In this document: in pieces, positions 47,653 to 60,626 of the stretch | Layout: each line of letters opens with the position of its first letter | How positions within the stretch are numbered: position 1 is the stretch's first letter | DNA from: Lingula anatina | Lineage: Eukaryota > Animalia > Brachiopoda | Reading direction: 5' to 3' | DNA length: 64,000 nucleotides | Assembly (NCBI GenBank): GCA_051362555.1 | Contig: CM120643.1 | Location: 22,014,848-22,078,847, forward strand | Program-made: the position numbers and the translations under genes | The notes under the pieces: model-generated | Database searches by the model: none | The model's input: only the letters and a program-made list of their open reading frames with translations | Told to the model about the DNA's origin: nothing

Positions 47653-47853
47653 TTGCGTCTAATACCAGATCACTCACCGTACTTAAGGCCAACATGAAGT
47701 TATTAATTATATTATGAATAGCTGCTGTAAGAATTATTACCTATTACCGCACACGTAATCGCCTTATAACTCATGAACCATGTTCCGCCCCCTCATGGCA
47801 ACGGCCCTTAGCAACAGAGGGGTGGCTTAGTCACCAGCCTGACTGGGGCGCGT

Positions 47854-48614
47854 TGTTACAACCCTCTTTGAAAAAATTACGCAATTTGAAAAAAAATTTT
47901 TAAATCGCGTAAAAAATGGGACAAAGTCAATGCGATTTGAAAAAATATTTCAAATTGCGTTAAAATCGTGGACAGAGTCAACGCAATTTGAAAAAATATC
48001 CCAAACTGCCTTAAATTGGTGGACTGGGTCAACGCAGTTAGAAAAATTATTTCAAACTGCGTTAAGAACATACATTCATAAATTATTTCATTTTGCTTGA
48101 GGTTATGAATTCAGTTGACATGCTTATTATCAATTTATTTTCTTGAATGAATCTGTTGAATGCAAAAGGCAAGAAGAAATTTCGGAAAATGCAAAGGGAA
48201 AATAAAACTTGATAGGCCAAAATGAAGTGAAATTATTATAAATTGTTCCTTATTTTCAAGAATATTATGGGGAAGACCCCCAGACTGCTCGTTTCTATGA
48301 GGAGTTCTATTGTTGTTGATTTGAGCAACGGGCCCCTGGTTTGCTATTTATAGGCCTACAACTTCCAAGAAACCACATTTCTACCAAATAGGCCATTGTA
48401 TATATAGGCCTATAGAAAGTCAGGTGATTAGGCATAGACAGATACTCATCTTAACATTTTTCTCAAAATTTGTCAAAAGTGTGAAAATGTGCCTGTTTGA
48501 AGCAATTTGAAATATTACATTTTTCTTTCAAATTGGGTTGAGTCTGTCCACGATTTTAACGCGATTTGAAAAATTTTTTCAAAGTGCGTACTTTTTTCAA
48601 AGTGGGTTGTAACA
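47854..48614. mobile_element. 761-bp non-autonomous element with TGT...ACA TIRs and 6-bp TSD
   Basis: TGTTACAACCCTCTTTGAAAAAA...TTTTTTCAAAGTGGGTTGTAACA. GCGCGT at 47848-47853 and 48615-48620. About 51-bp subterminal tandem repeats. Confidence 0.88.
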
Positions 48615-49617
48615 GCGCGTGTCTTTTGAAAAACTCATCAAAAGACACATTTTGCGGTGCAAAAGTTATTACATCCAACGTTAGATTCTTTTTTCATTAA
48701 TATATACACACAAAAAACTCAAAAACATGATTTTAAGCGTTTACCCTACTACTGGCCTTCAGTCTCCTCACGAGAAGGCTAGGCTTGGTCGGCTAGCAGC
48801 TTAGAAAAAAAACGACGTAAGCGGCCATTTAGATTCTTTGTGAAACGGGACTTTTTGACGTAAGGACTGTATTACGTTGGAAACCAAGCTCTTAGTCAGG
48901 GAAACAGACTTAATGATTAAGTCTTTCCTATTGTAAATGGTGTGGTGTACCAATATGTGAGTACCCTACGTGTGGTGAATTGATTATACATATACATTGG
49001 AGAGACTGGTCGGTCCCTAACACAGAGAATGTCAGAGCATTAAAAATCGATCTAAAATGTTGCCAAAATCGGCCCTCATTCAACATCAAACAAAGACGGA
49101 ACACGATGTAATAACATCAACCATAAGAGAAAAAACGTCAAAATACTGGGGTAGAGAAACCGTGACTCCCACCCCGAGGTCCTTGAAGTTATTAACATCA
49201 GGCTACACGAGGCAAAACTCAATATAAATGATGAGACTGAGCTACCCAACCTCTTTATCTTCTACTCCTCAGGGGGAGGGGGCAGCAGAGGAGGGGTGGG
49301 GACTGACTAAAAGCACACCTGAGGGATGATAAATGTAGGTTTCAATACCTTTCACAGCCATCTTTTCCCTGATATCAGAAGAAAAAATATTGGCTGATCA
49401 ATCTCAATTTAATTATTTTAAAGCTATTGAAAAATGAAACTTTATCTGTTTACTAAAGCCCAAATGTTTATGATTAACAAGCCATATTATCCTGATCTCC
49501 TTTTATGGAGCCGACCCATATTTCGGTTTTATTTTCACGTGGTTTTAAAATTCGCTTATCCAATGACATTGACCACGAGTGCATAGATTTTGTTTTGAAA
49601 ACAAGGTATTTAATTAC

Positions 49618-49771
49618 CTCCTATGTCCAGTGTCATGTATTTTGTTCCTGGTTGGGAGGCATTTATTTCGTTGCCGCCATCTGTGTTTCTGTCAATGGGT
49701 AGATTGCGGCAGTACAGAGATGCGGCTTCCGGCTCCAGGGCCAACATGAGTTGATTTTTCTCGATTCCTGC
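49618..49771 (-). CDS. HSPA12: HSPA12-like coding exon 3
   Basis: ttcAG|AGIEKNQLMLALEPEAASLYCRNLP...GTKYMTLDIG-G|GTAATT. 154 bp; the phase 1 end fits the last exon. Confidence 0.92.
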
Positions 49772-50016
49772 CTGAATATAATGCACCATATCAATAAATT
49801 AACATTTGAGACTGTCTGCCTGATGTCGCCTCACGAGTCCCAGTATGTGAGTTTACATTAAAGGTGTATCTCCGGATGGGAAGATGGCAAAATTTGTGAA
49901 AGAGGGAATAGTGTGATGGGGCAAAGGACAAGTTAGTAATCAAATTTACCTATTATCAGATCACAGAGTCTAGTATTCAGGTATTTTGAAGTAAAATAAA
50001 ATAAAATTATATATTA

Positions 50017-50209
50017 GCTTGGCAGCATCGTTCCAAATTGCTGGGACCGTGATAACCCAATCTATATCATCCATGGTAATGGAAGCTACTTCGTTTCTAA
50101 TCGAATTCATAAGGTGTCTCTTAAAGTAGCCTATTGCCTTTGAAAATACGTCCAAAGCTCTATGATGTACCCCACAGACCGATTCTAGTGTTGTTGCACG
50201 AGTAAGGTT
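50017..50209 (-). CDS. HSPA12: HSPA12-like coding exon 2, 3' end missing
   Basis: tttacAG|NLTRATTLESVCG...ALDVFSKAIGYFK...WVITVPAIWNDAAK, then AT-rich sequence with a stop (49972-49970) before any GT. Confidence 0.85.
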
Positions 50210-50437
50210 CTGTAAAGAATGTCAAGAGATAAACATTAGCCATGTCTTTCCTGGTATATGGAAAAAGTACAGTATTCCAGGTAATTGACAATTCCTCCTA
50301 TGTCAGAGTAGAGAACAGTTTTGGTCTTAAAGTTATGACCATTTTTGGACTTAACTGTATGTTGTAGATTTTTTAACAAACAGACCATATGATGCATTCC
50401 AAAGCAAATTTAAGTATAATATGTTATATCAACTTAC

Positions 50438-50755
50438 TTTTTCGTAATAAAGGGTCATCTTGAACTGTCGAAACAAGAGCCAATTGTCCGACTTTTCGTC
50501 CATCACCAGTTCTGCGTACTTATCCTCAGCCTCGTGTCCGAAGTATACATCATGGTTATCTTTGCATGAGCGGGGAAACAAGATGACTGTGGGTATTTTG
50601 ATGAAATCAGCCCCACTGCCTGTTCTCGTCAATTGTTGCACGTGGATCTTTAGGCGTTCAATCTTATACTCATAGTTAAACGAATATGCATAACCCGAAT
50701 ATGTTGTACCGAAATCTATGCCTACCACCAACAAGCACTTTTCATTGCTACCCAT
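50438..50755 (-). CDS. HSPA12: HSPA12-like first recognisable coding exon
   Basis: Acceptor tttcaAG at 50764-50763; ATG at 50755. MGSNEKCLLVVGIDFGTTYSGYAYSF...KIPTVILF...FGHEAEDKY...FRQFKMTLYYEK|GTAAGT, phase 0. Confidence 0.92.
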
Positions 50756-53700
50756 GGGCACGCTTGAAAGAAAAATAAAGAATCTTTTCATCATTAATAC
50801 TAGTAAGCATGATATAAAGTTTGAATTTGAAAGTGAATTTACCCAGTACTCGCGTTTGAAACAGTCTAAATTCGTATGTTTTGCTATTCTTTTTAAATTT
50901 TTTTTCCACGTAGAAGTTACTGAAACCGCTTTCGGTAGGTGAGTGAGTTTAGAATAAAATGAATATTTATAAACTAACTTTTCGAGCTCAAGATAACAAC
51001 GACCACAGTCGTTATTAAAACGTAAGATATTTTTAAATGTTAAAAAATTATTTTATTTTACTTTTTAAAAAAGGAAGACACTTAGGATTCCCAACTGCGG
51101 AGTTAACCACTGGGCCAACACAAAAATGAGTGACCGTCGAGCTGTGTATCAGGGTGTGTTTAATTAAATTTTTTCGTTCAAATTTAACTTTTCTTTCTTC
51201 CACGCTGGAGCTAGGCCTTAGCGTAATGTTTCGTTTCCTCTATATCACCTATACTAGAAATAATATGAGGCCTCGAATATTGAGAATACAATATACATGT
51301 ACTATACTGGTGTACGGGTCTCGATCTTTTATTGGAAACAGACCCAATTCTAACAAGCTCAATGTCACTTTTATTGGTCAGCTAAATTACATGCACCAGT
51401 AATTAAATTACATGTACCACCATCGTTTTTCAAGACCATGCTGAACTCATATTGCACACGTACATGCACAGGTTACCGAACCTACACGTAATTTCATCAG
51501 TGCCCCTACTTAATATATGGTGTGATTTTGAAGCTCTAAATGTACACATACCTTTAAAATTTCGGATCAGTCAGGCTAACAGGGAAGACCTCGAATTAAA
51601 TAATTTAGAAAACACGATCGCTTCTGTTTGGAACCAAGGTCCTGCTTATTCCTCAAAACCTGGATAGTCCAAAACTAAAGCGCAGGCGCTGATACCTTCG
51701 TCTTATCTGGGTTCACCAATGTAGGCGCACATGACGAATATAATGTATGTCTGTCCTTGGCTGTGTCTCCCTACAGCCTTGTTAGTCCATGTATTCGAAT
51801 CAGTCTCGCTGTTTCCTAGTTCACTGCTGGAACATACATGTACATTGTATAAATACATTGTACAAATAAGGTAGAGTAAATCTCAAAATGTTTCCATAAC
51901 TAGTATTTTTGAGGCGAAATTTGATGCTGAATACAGACATCGTTTTTTCTACAACAGTTATTTAGGTCAGTAAAAGGACAGTTTTCAAATGGGAGCCAAA
52001 ACGTCCTGCCTGGAGTTTCATCAACAAAACTAAAGGTACGAAAGTGTGTCATGTGTCTTTTCTTACGAAAAATCAATTTCTGATGTTAATACTGAGATTG
52101 ATGCATTTTACAGTGAGTTCAGATAGCATTTGAGCTGACCGTTAACAGAGAATTATAATAAATAATCAATAACCCTTACCAGAACGTCAATCTTTTAAAA
52201 TTTTTACGATAGGATGGATGGTACACCTTTGTTCTACATGTAAGAAGCCAGAAGAAATTCATGTCATAAACTGAGGCCAGAAAAGAAGTTGCCAAGGAAA
52301 TCTTTAAAAAGTAATTTTAGTTTCTTTGAGGAGAACATTCCCAACAAAAGTATGTTGGATTAAAATACATTTGGGAAAATCATGAAGCATTAACTGTCTG
52401 TGAAGTGCAAGGCTTAAAAAGAATGACATATGAAAGTGAATGAGTTCAATCAAAACTTTACAAAAAAATGTTAATGATATAAGATGCATCAGATACAAGT
52501 ACAGGAGGTACAGTGCTTTTGATATGTAGACCCAGTGTGACAGTTTTTCTGCTGGAAATGTTTGCAAAGTGGGAAAGATATTTCTTGGACATCCAGATAC
52601 TGTATATTTCCTAAACAACTGATTTGTTGCTTTTATTTCATGATAGTGATTGCTGCTTTCGTGCAGAACAAAAAAATTCCATCCATCTCTTCTAATAATT
52701 TAAAAACATTCAACCTTTGGTTACTTGAGGTAACGATACCTCTGATTATTCCTTACAATTCACTCGGCAGAACTTGAGATATCTTATCTTATCACTTCTC
52801 GTTTTGACTGACTGAGATCTGGCATCGAGCTTTACAGCAAATACATGTATCAACAAACAAGGTAACCAAACTCTATTTTAGATGCGACAGCTAAGTTAAG
52901 AAACATATTTTACAACCCTATAAACAAAAGAAAAAGTGTATATCAAACAATGGGTCCTTTAATTGTCGATGATGAAACTCATGTCAGGGCGTTTTGTCTG
53001 ACATTTTGAAAAACCCCATTTTACCGACCTAGATGGCTGTTGTGAAATAATTAGTTGCCACGTGTGCGCCTATCATTTTCCGCCAAAGAAAACACTTACT
53101 TCTCAGAAATTTGTGATTCACCCAGTCCTATTCAATACAGGCATATACATGCATATAGTTACTATATGTAGTGCGCATGTATTGTATGCGTTTCCCAAAA
53201 AGTGAAATAACCGACCTAAAAAATGCTCATAGCTCAAATTTTCTCACCAGAAATGAACTTTTCGACCCACCTTGTTTTTGTTCCTTGTGAGATTTCCAAA
53301 AAAGTTATTTTTAGTATAAAGTCCTTCAATCAAAGGTTCATTAGCATCATGTAAAAAACCCATTTAGTCAGAAACACTTTCTCTGAAGTACATGTACGTA
53401 GCTTTGATTCAAATATATATATATATTATTTATATAACACTCACGCTGAAGGCAAACATCCATAAAAATGAAATAAATCAATATTTTTTTAATCGTTATA
53501 CAGCTGAAGGTTAGTTCTAAAGAAATCAGTAAAGATAATTTTGTCATATTGAATATCCTGTAAATAAAGTAGGACAGAGGTCACCTAAGGCCAAATTTTG
53601 ATGCATTATTTAGAAAAATACACAATTTGAATATCTCTTTAAAAAGTGAACATACATGTTAGTTAGGAGTAATGATTTACGGTTATTTCTGATAGCTTCT

Positions 53701-55625
53701 GTTCTTACAAAAGGGAGGTTGTGATCTTTGAACATTTATTTTAGAGAATAAAACATTTAGAGACTGCACAATTGTTTTAGGGGGTGTTCAGTTCAATTTA
53801 TGAATAACGGGACGGGAGGAGGAAAATGCTCATCATTAGATAGCTTTGCTAGATATGAATACTAATTATGATCATTTATTATGCTAAAGAATTGTTTTAA
53901 TAGGTACAGTAACAAATATGTTATTGTGTAATATAGCAATTAAAATAATAATAGTTCAAATATCACCTGTGGTGAAATTTGAGGAATTTTCAGGGACAAT
54001 GAACCAAAAAGTTCAAATGTAATTAATGAAGAGAATAGAAATAAAAATATTTTTGTAAATAACGTACCAATTATGGTCCCTGCACCTGGCGGACTTGTAC
54101 CAATAACAGCACTGGACTTTGCGTCAGATTTGCTGCAAAGTCAGAAGAATTTCGCTGTACAATATGTCAATAATCGATTGGTATCAATTTTAATGTAATC
54201 ACTTCTTACAGCCACGTATTTTAAAAATTCTCACTGTTTATATTCACTGTACATGCAGCAACAGCTGGCAGATAATCTTCTGGCAGGTTTGGATTTTGTG
54301 CCACTGTTTTAAGATGTTTTAACAATGATTAAATTTTCATTATATAATGTTTTTATATTAAACATATCTAAAAGTGGTGCTGCCACCCTGACTATCACTT
54401 TGCACTGAGGATGAAAACCTTAGTCAACATACACAAAGTTAAAGAATAGAACCTTTGAAATCCTTACATTTTAGTTGGTTAAGGACCATTCTACTTTATG
54501 ACAAGGACTGTATAATTTAACTTACCAACCTAACACTTTCCATATCAAAATTCAAAATATAAATTGTGTGTTCGATATGAAGATAACTTTATTGTTGCAA
54601 AATGAGGTAGGTTTATGTCGGAAAAACGTTATTTGAACTACTTCATTTTTATTGAGCGTCCGTGGGCTGGGTAATCGATTAAAATAGGTATCCCTACCGT
54701 TCGGTTAAGCGTTTTTTTTTTTTTTTTTTTTTTTTTTGTAATTTCACTTTATTTTGGATAAAAATTATTTTATGTAACTCTCCTACAATACCTGAGACAA
54801 TTTTTAGCAGGTCGGAGCACATTTATAATTTCTTATATACATGAAGGAGATATTATGATTCAAATGAATAAATGTGAAAAAGGGAAACAGGAAAGTATTA
54901 GTACTGAGATTATTCAAATGGTCAAGCAACATATAAACTATACCACGTACACCGGAAACGGCCACGTACACTCTGCATCACATACATGCGGCTTCGCTGA
55001 CCCGAGATAACACGTGCATTAGCGCTTGCGCGTTAACCGTGTCAGGCTTTGATGAATTAGGAACTTCTTGGTTCAAAAGAGAAACTGGTCGTATTTTTTG
55101 GTACATATCTGGGTATCCTTTGACTTCTTGTCTGTTGATCAGAAATATTACAAGGTATGTGCATATATATAGGGTTTGTAACATAATATTACATGATATT
55201 AATGAGCTGGTTAGAATTAAGCCTGCGTATAAATGAATATCATCCATACATTCATACGGAAGTAGCGTCCGGTAAAAACCGATGCCTGAAACCATTGCTT
55301 TCGCCAAAACAGAAGGACTTCCTATTAAGAATATCAGGTACTACAGCTTGCACTACATCGGAGATAACCTCCCCCCCCCCCCCCGCATCACCCAAAAAAA
55401 TTAAAACACAAATAGTTAGTCATCTTGCATCTGTCTTATTACATGTTCATATATGTATTTAAACACTAGATTTACAAAAACATGAACATGCTTTTTAAAT
55501 AATAAAAAAAATTATGAAATGTAGTTGGAAAATATTCAGTGTACATGTATATAAAGTTATGTATGATGTGTGCATTATCCATCAATATTTGATTAAAATA
55601 TTAACCTTAGCTCACATGGTTATTT

Positions 55626-55876
55626 TATTACTTCCGCCAAGGAGGTTATGTTTTCACCCCTGTTTGTCTGTCTGTCTTTCTGTCTGTTTGTCATCAACAT
55701 AACTCAAAAAGTTATGGACTGATTTTGATGAAATTAACGGGAACTGTCAGAAGTGGGCAAAGGAACAGATGATTAGTTTTTGGTGGTGATCCCGATCAAT
55801 AATCAATCAATAATAAAAAATATGGAAAATTTAGGGGTGAAAGGGCTTTGGATGGAGACTTTGCTGCCTTGGCGGA

Positions 55877-55878
<2 letters not shown>
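55626..55878 (+). mobile_element. Small HINE-type element, 3' end replaced by (TA)n
   Basis: Matches 42784-42990 through ccttggcggag, then runs into the microsatellite. Confidence 0.78.

Positions 55879-55879
<1 letters not shown>

Positions 55880-55972
<93 letters not shown>
55880..55972. repeat. (TA)n microsatellite, about 46 units
   Basis: Direct reading. Confidence 0.97.
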
Positions 55973-55974
<2 letters not shown>

Positions 55975-58293
55975 TGGATTGTCAAACCTTTTTAACAACA
56001 AGATAGATATATGGTCATCATTTCTCACAAACTGAACGGTAAACAGTAAAGTTGCTGTGTAAAATCCAATGTAGCAATGCACTTTTAAAATTATTTGACC
56101 AGGAAATTATTTATCGACATTAACGTTAGTACTTCAATTTTACTCAGTTTTGGATCGTTGCTTCGCTCCTAATCTAAGTCTTCATGTGAATCAGGGTTAT
56201 GGTAGCTACATTGTGGCTTTATATGAATGAATGATCTTATCAATATAAAGAACGTAACAATTGTGAAAAAAACTCCCGCCGAGGATTTCACTTAATGTTC
56301 AATTAATGTTCAATTTAATGTTCATACATAAAACATCAAAATAGGTTTGAAGTTTCAGGTAGCACGAAAGAAAAAATATTAGGAAAACAGAGAAAGAATG
56401 CTAGAAATAATTTCCATATTAATTTACAGATAATTTTAGTCCTATACTTTGTAACAAGAAGATTGTGGGCCCTGTACTGCAACCTGAAGCATCAAATGAA
56501 ATACTCATTTCTGACGTACATGTAAGTATCTCACATATTTACGTTATTGGTCGGTAATGCTAGGATCAACCTGAAACTACGTGAAAAACTGTATATCTCA
56601 TGGGATATTAAAGTAAGAGTGTTTTTCACATGATTTTACAATAATGTTTTTTCTCATCGCCATCTTTGCACTGGTAAGATTTCTCACTGATCACTTTAGC
56701 TGAACGTTGTTTTTACATGGGACTTTCCTCGTGTACTCGTGTCCCGGTCTTGGTCTTATATTTGAGCATATAAGAAGACTTGTTTATTTTTGAGCTTATC
56801 TAAAAGTCCGTTTACCCGTCTGCTATTTTATCAGTGAGGTGGGAGTGGAGGCATTGCAACTGTATGACAAGTGCTGTGGTAGTTGTGCAATTGACACAAA
56901 TTGACAAATGGGAAACTTGACCGTAGCCGAAGGCAAGAGGAGAGCAAAACGCAAAGTGAATACGACTTTGTTACATGTTCACAATTTTTATAGAATAATT
57001 TTTCAAAAAGACACACTGACAGCTTTATGACAATGAAACTAGTCTATACAGTGGGCAAAGAGATTCAAAATTGAAAAGTGAGCTCACCAGGGATGTCCTC
57101 ACTTTACCTCCTCTCTACCAATCGAAGTTTCAAAATTCGTTACCGTGTAAAAAATTTATCCAAATAGTATACCAGAAATGTCAAACTATCACAATAATTT
57201 TTTGGTCAGCAACAGAAAACATTGTTTTATATAGCACCAAGTACGTGAACAAAATAAAACTTTTTTGTCTTCGTTACCTAGCCATGACACAAAATCCCTT
57301 GAGTTACAGTTTAAATATTTATAAAAAATACCCTTACGTCATGCACAATTTACCATGACTGAATCACTACAAAATGTATCGGACCACGTTTTAAAATTAA
57401 AATTAAAATTAAATGACTTGGAACATACGTTACCATACGTTTCCGGAACATACGGTACCATTTAAGGCCATTTGCGTAACGTTAAGACATGGTAAAAATT
57501 AAATTTTGAATTTTAACTGAGACATTCGTTGATTTTTGTTCTATACACATATCTGTTTAATAAAATGAATACAACTTTGAATTCATTAAACTTTACTTTT
57601 TGGCTCTTCAGCATGTGATATGCACCTCTATCTTGGGTTTGGGTGCAACTGTGGTTTCGCTGGTCGTGCGTTTGTGAAGGAATCGACACAGGATTAGGAT
57701 ACAATAAGTGTGATTACACGCACTTATGACAGGATTTCTTTACTCCTTGTTGTTCTGTGAAAAAAATTTTTTTAAAGAAAAGTATTTATTTCAGGTATTT
57801 AAATCCCTAAATTGAATGGTTGGTATATTTCACGTGTATGGGAGATTATATTTTGTACTGAAGTTGAAAATGAAAACGATGGTAATGCACAATAACCAGT
57901 TTTTTTCACTCATCAAAATTTGCAACGAAGAACCATATTTTGTATTTCTCTAGTCTGCGTGTGCGGTAAAGAACACCTATAGGACACAAAGATGACAAAA
58001 CTAGTCTGAGAGCTTTTTTTCCATAATGTACAACTGCAAAACAGACTGGTATGTCTGTGTCCCAGATTTAAACGCTGTGTGGGTGTAATTTTCGGCTAAG
58101 AATTCAGTCCAAAAACACAAACATGTATACAAAGTGATACCTTCGTACTAAACAACAATATACGGAACACCAGGGCCTGTCTAAATATCGGGCCAATGGA
58201 TAAGATTTGCCATGAACAATGTGATGGCCGTCCCTACCTTAATTTAGACCACTATATGTTATGTTGCGTTTGCAGCATTGACTTGAGCCAATT

Positions 58294-58296
<3 letters not shown>

Positions 58297-58356
<60 letters not shown>

Positions 58357-58449
58357 CTTTGAAACTGAAATATTCCATATTAAATGTCAATATATATACC
58401 TTTGAAACTGAAATATTCCATATTAAATGTCTATCTATCTATCTATCTA

Positions 58450-58500
<51 letters not shown>

Positions 58501-58634
58501 ACATTTACCTCAGGCTCTGCCAAGGAGGTTATATTTTCACCCCTGTTTGTCCGTCATCAACATAACTCAAAAAATTATGGACCGATTTATATATATTGAC
58601 ATTTAATATGGAATATTTCAGTTCCAAAGGTATG
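58297..58634. repeat. Composite of (TA)n tracts, direct and inverted copies of an about 35-bp unit, and an 86-bp HINE fragment
   Basis: acctttgaaactgaaatattccatattaaatgtc twice forward (about 58335, 58398) and once inverted (about 58598-58631). 58503-58588 equals the reverse complement of 61322-61407. Confidence 0.85.
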
Positions 58635-60626
58635 CCTAGGTAAAAATACGCACATTAAAAAAAAAAAAAAAAAACTCAGATCTCATATAAGATATCAGAC
58701 TGGAGAAGTGTGTAGTCAGGTGTTTCTCTACCAATTAATTTACTACCATATCTGTCGCACTGCTGCATTGTGTAATGTGCAGTGATTTAATTGGGTAGTG
58801 CCCCTTTGGGCTGATCAAAGCTGGGCTTTGGCCAAGCATGGTTCTGTCAAAAAGGTATCTATTTGTCGGCAACTACTACATAGTAGAATTTGACATTTTG
58901 CATGTAAGCGCCCAGTTTTGCATTGCGTAAGATGAGTTAAGCAGTGTTTTACTAAATTGTTTATCTGTGCCAGAATGGTGCGAAAAAGACAGACATTGTC
59001 AAACACATTCATGTGTCATACGGAGCGGTCCGCATACAGTAGTAATAATAATTATGTTTCCGTTGTACAACGTTTTAAAAACGTTCGAAATGTTTTAATC
59101 CCTATCCTGTGAATAGATGGGGGCGGACAAACAATGGAGAGCCGTCTAAATCCCTTCAAAATTCGAACGCAAAAACACAATAGTTTAGGCGTAATAACAT
59201 ACAATACCTTAGCGGCTGTCTCACGATCAGGGGTACAAAATAGGGGTCACATTGAGAGAAAAATGAACTCTGATGCATTTGTTTAATTTTGCAACAGATA
59301 AAAAGAATAACATCTTAACTATGATATCTACAATTTTTAGAGCACAAGATTAATTGCTTTTTGTGCTACGCCCAATTTAACAGAACGCCCCTTAGACTAT
59401 GATCTGGGGGTACGGACACTACGCATTCAAGTAACTGATGCATTTGTAACTGAAATATCATATTGTTTACCAGTTATTTTTGCCAAAAGTCTAAAAAATG
59501 TCAAACTAAAGCTATAACAGCAGTACTTAAACCAAAAGGGTACAAGTACATGTATTAATCAAAGAGTTTTTTAGAGAAACACCACAGCACGTTTTTTAGT
59601 GGATGCTGGAGCTTGGTTGTGTGTTATTCAGTGTGACTTTCATTCACCAGACTTACATTTAACTTTTCTTTCTGTTGCTTGACCTTTTTTATCTATTTAT
59701 TTTTTTATTTTATTATTTTTTTTGGTTTGTTTCAGTCTTGATTCCTGTTTTTGGAGTCTTTTCTTCTTTTTCATCTATCGTTAATTTGCACCTCTTGTTC
59801 TACTGTTTTGGGTTTCTGCTTCTCCTTAACTCTCTGTCAGTATGCCCTAATTTCTTCTCTTTACTTTAGTCTTTCTTGCTGGGCCAGCCTAGAATGATTC
59901 TTCTTTTTTTTTTGCTTCTATGCTATGTTACGTGCATTCAACGTCTTCCTCGCGTGATTCAGCAAGATTATTAGCATCTTTACGGATATTAGCTCTTTGA
60001 CGTCTTTTTTTTTTCAAAATTATTTTTTGCTGACAGGAAAATATTCAGGATCCTTTTTTCTTTTCCTGTTTGGCTTTTTGTTTATTGTCATCCATATTTG
60101 ATACTTCATTCACTGAGAGTATAATAAATGTACTGTTAATTATTCATGTATTGAAGTGTTCGTACCCCCTCAAAATATATCATATACATTAATCCATAAA
60201 ATATTAATCCATAAACAATTTATTTTGCAATTAGCTATATTTGGCAATATATTCAAACCAATATTGTTCATTTTGAATGCAAACAGTAGCATCTTTACTG
60301 ATATTATTTCTTTGCAAAATTTCTTGCCTGACTCTAATCAGTATCACTTTATCGAATATATATTTATATACAATGTTTTTTCTAAACATCATAAGACAAG
60401 AATGGATTTTATATTGTCTAAAACAATATTTTGCATCATATTTTGAAGTTTTATCATCATTGATATGTAGCCAGTTATCCAATGGTTAATGTATAACTTG
60501 GGGGTACGGACACTACATTTGGCACCAAATTTGTGCATATCTTTTCATAATAAGGGGTTATGTGCTATTTTCTTCATGCAAAATAAATGTCAGGGGGTCA
60601 TGATTATAAATACCATAGCATTAATA

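Larger units (their letters stand above)
45530..48851. mobile_element. Possible decayed Harbinger-like element bounded by CCCGTTTCACA...TGTGAAACGGG, containing two nested MITEs
   Basis: About 25-bp imperfect inverted termini; TSD not evident; no convincing transposase frame. Confidence 0.45.
17317..50762 (-). pseudogene. HSPA12: HSPA12-type atypical Hsp70 gene, probably disabled; coding exons 50755-50438, 50209-~50017, 49771-49618, 18353-17317
   Basis: Phase-compatible exons give VVGIDFGTTYSGYAYSF, WVITVPAIWNDAAK, ALEPEAASLYC, LDIG|GGTVD and FLVGGYSE. Exon 2 has lost its 3' end and donor; in-frame TAA at 17388-17386. Whether it is closer to HSPA12A or HSPA12B cannot be determined. Confidence 0.8.

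Noticed and set aside
47870-48065. Regularly spaced about 51-bp repeats resembling a CRISPR array
   Set aside because: The intervening sequences are similar to each other rather than unique spacers, the array lies inside a TIR element with a TSD, and there are no cas genes; eukaryotic context.
50763-50794. MMKRFFIFLS start of the 121-aa ORF
   Set aside because: This is the polypyrimidine tract and acceptor read in frame; the likely start is ATG 50755 or an unseen upstream exon.
50800-58200. HSPA12 promoter or upstream exon
   Set aside because: Candidate donors and TATA-like words exist, but none is distinguishable from background in AT-rich, repeat-derived sequence.
55780-58599. YIYIYI-rich ORFs (also 36077-36295)
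   Set aside because: Translations of (TA)n microsatellites.
59720-60096. K/R/E-rich minus-strand reading (MDDNKQKAKQEK...) as a gene
   Set aside because: Multiple stops and frameshifts and low complexity; may be a transposon ORF relic but no diagnostic motif is visible.
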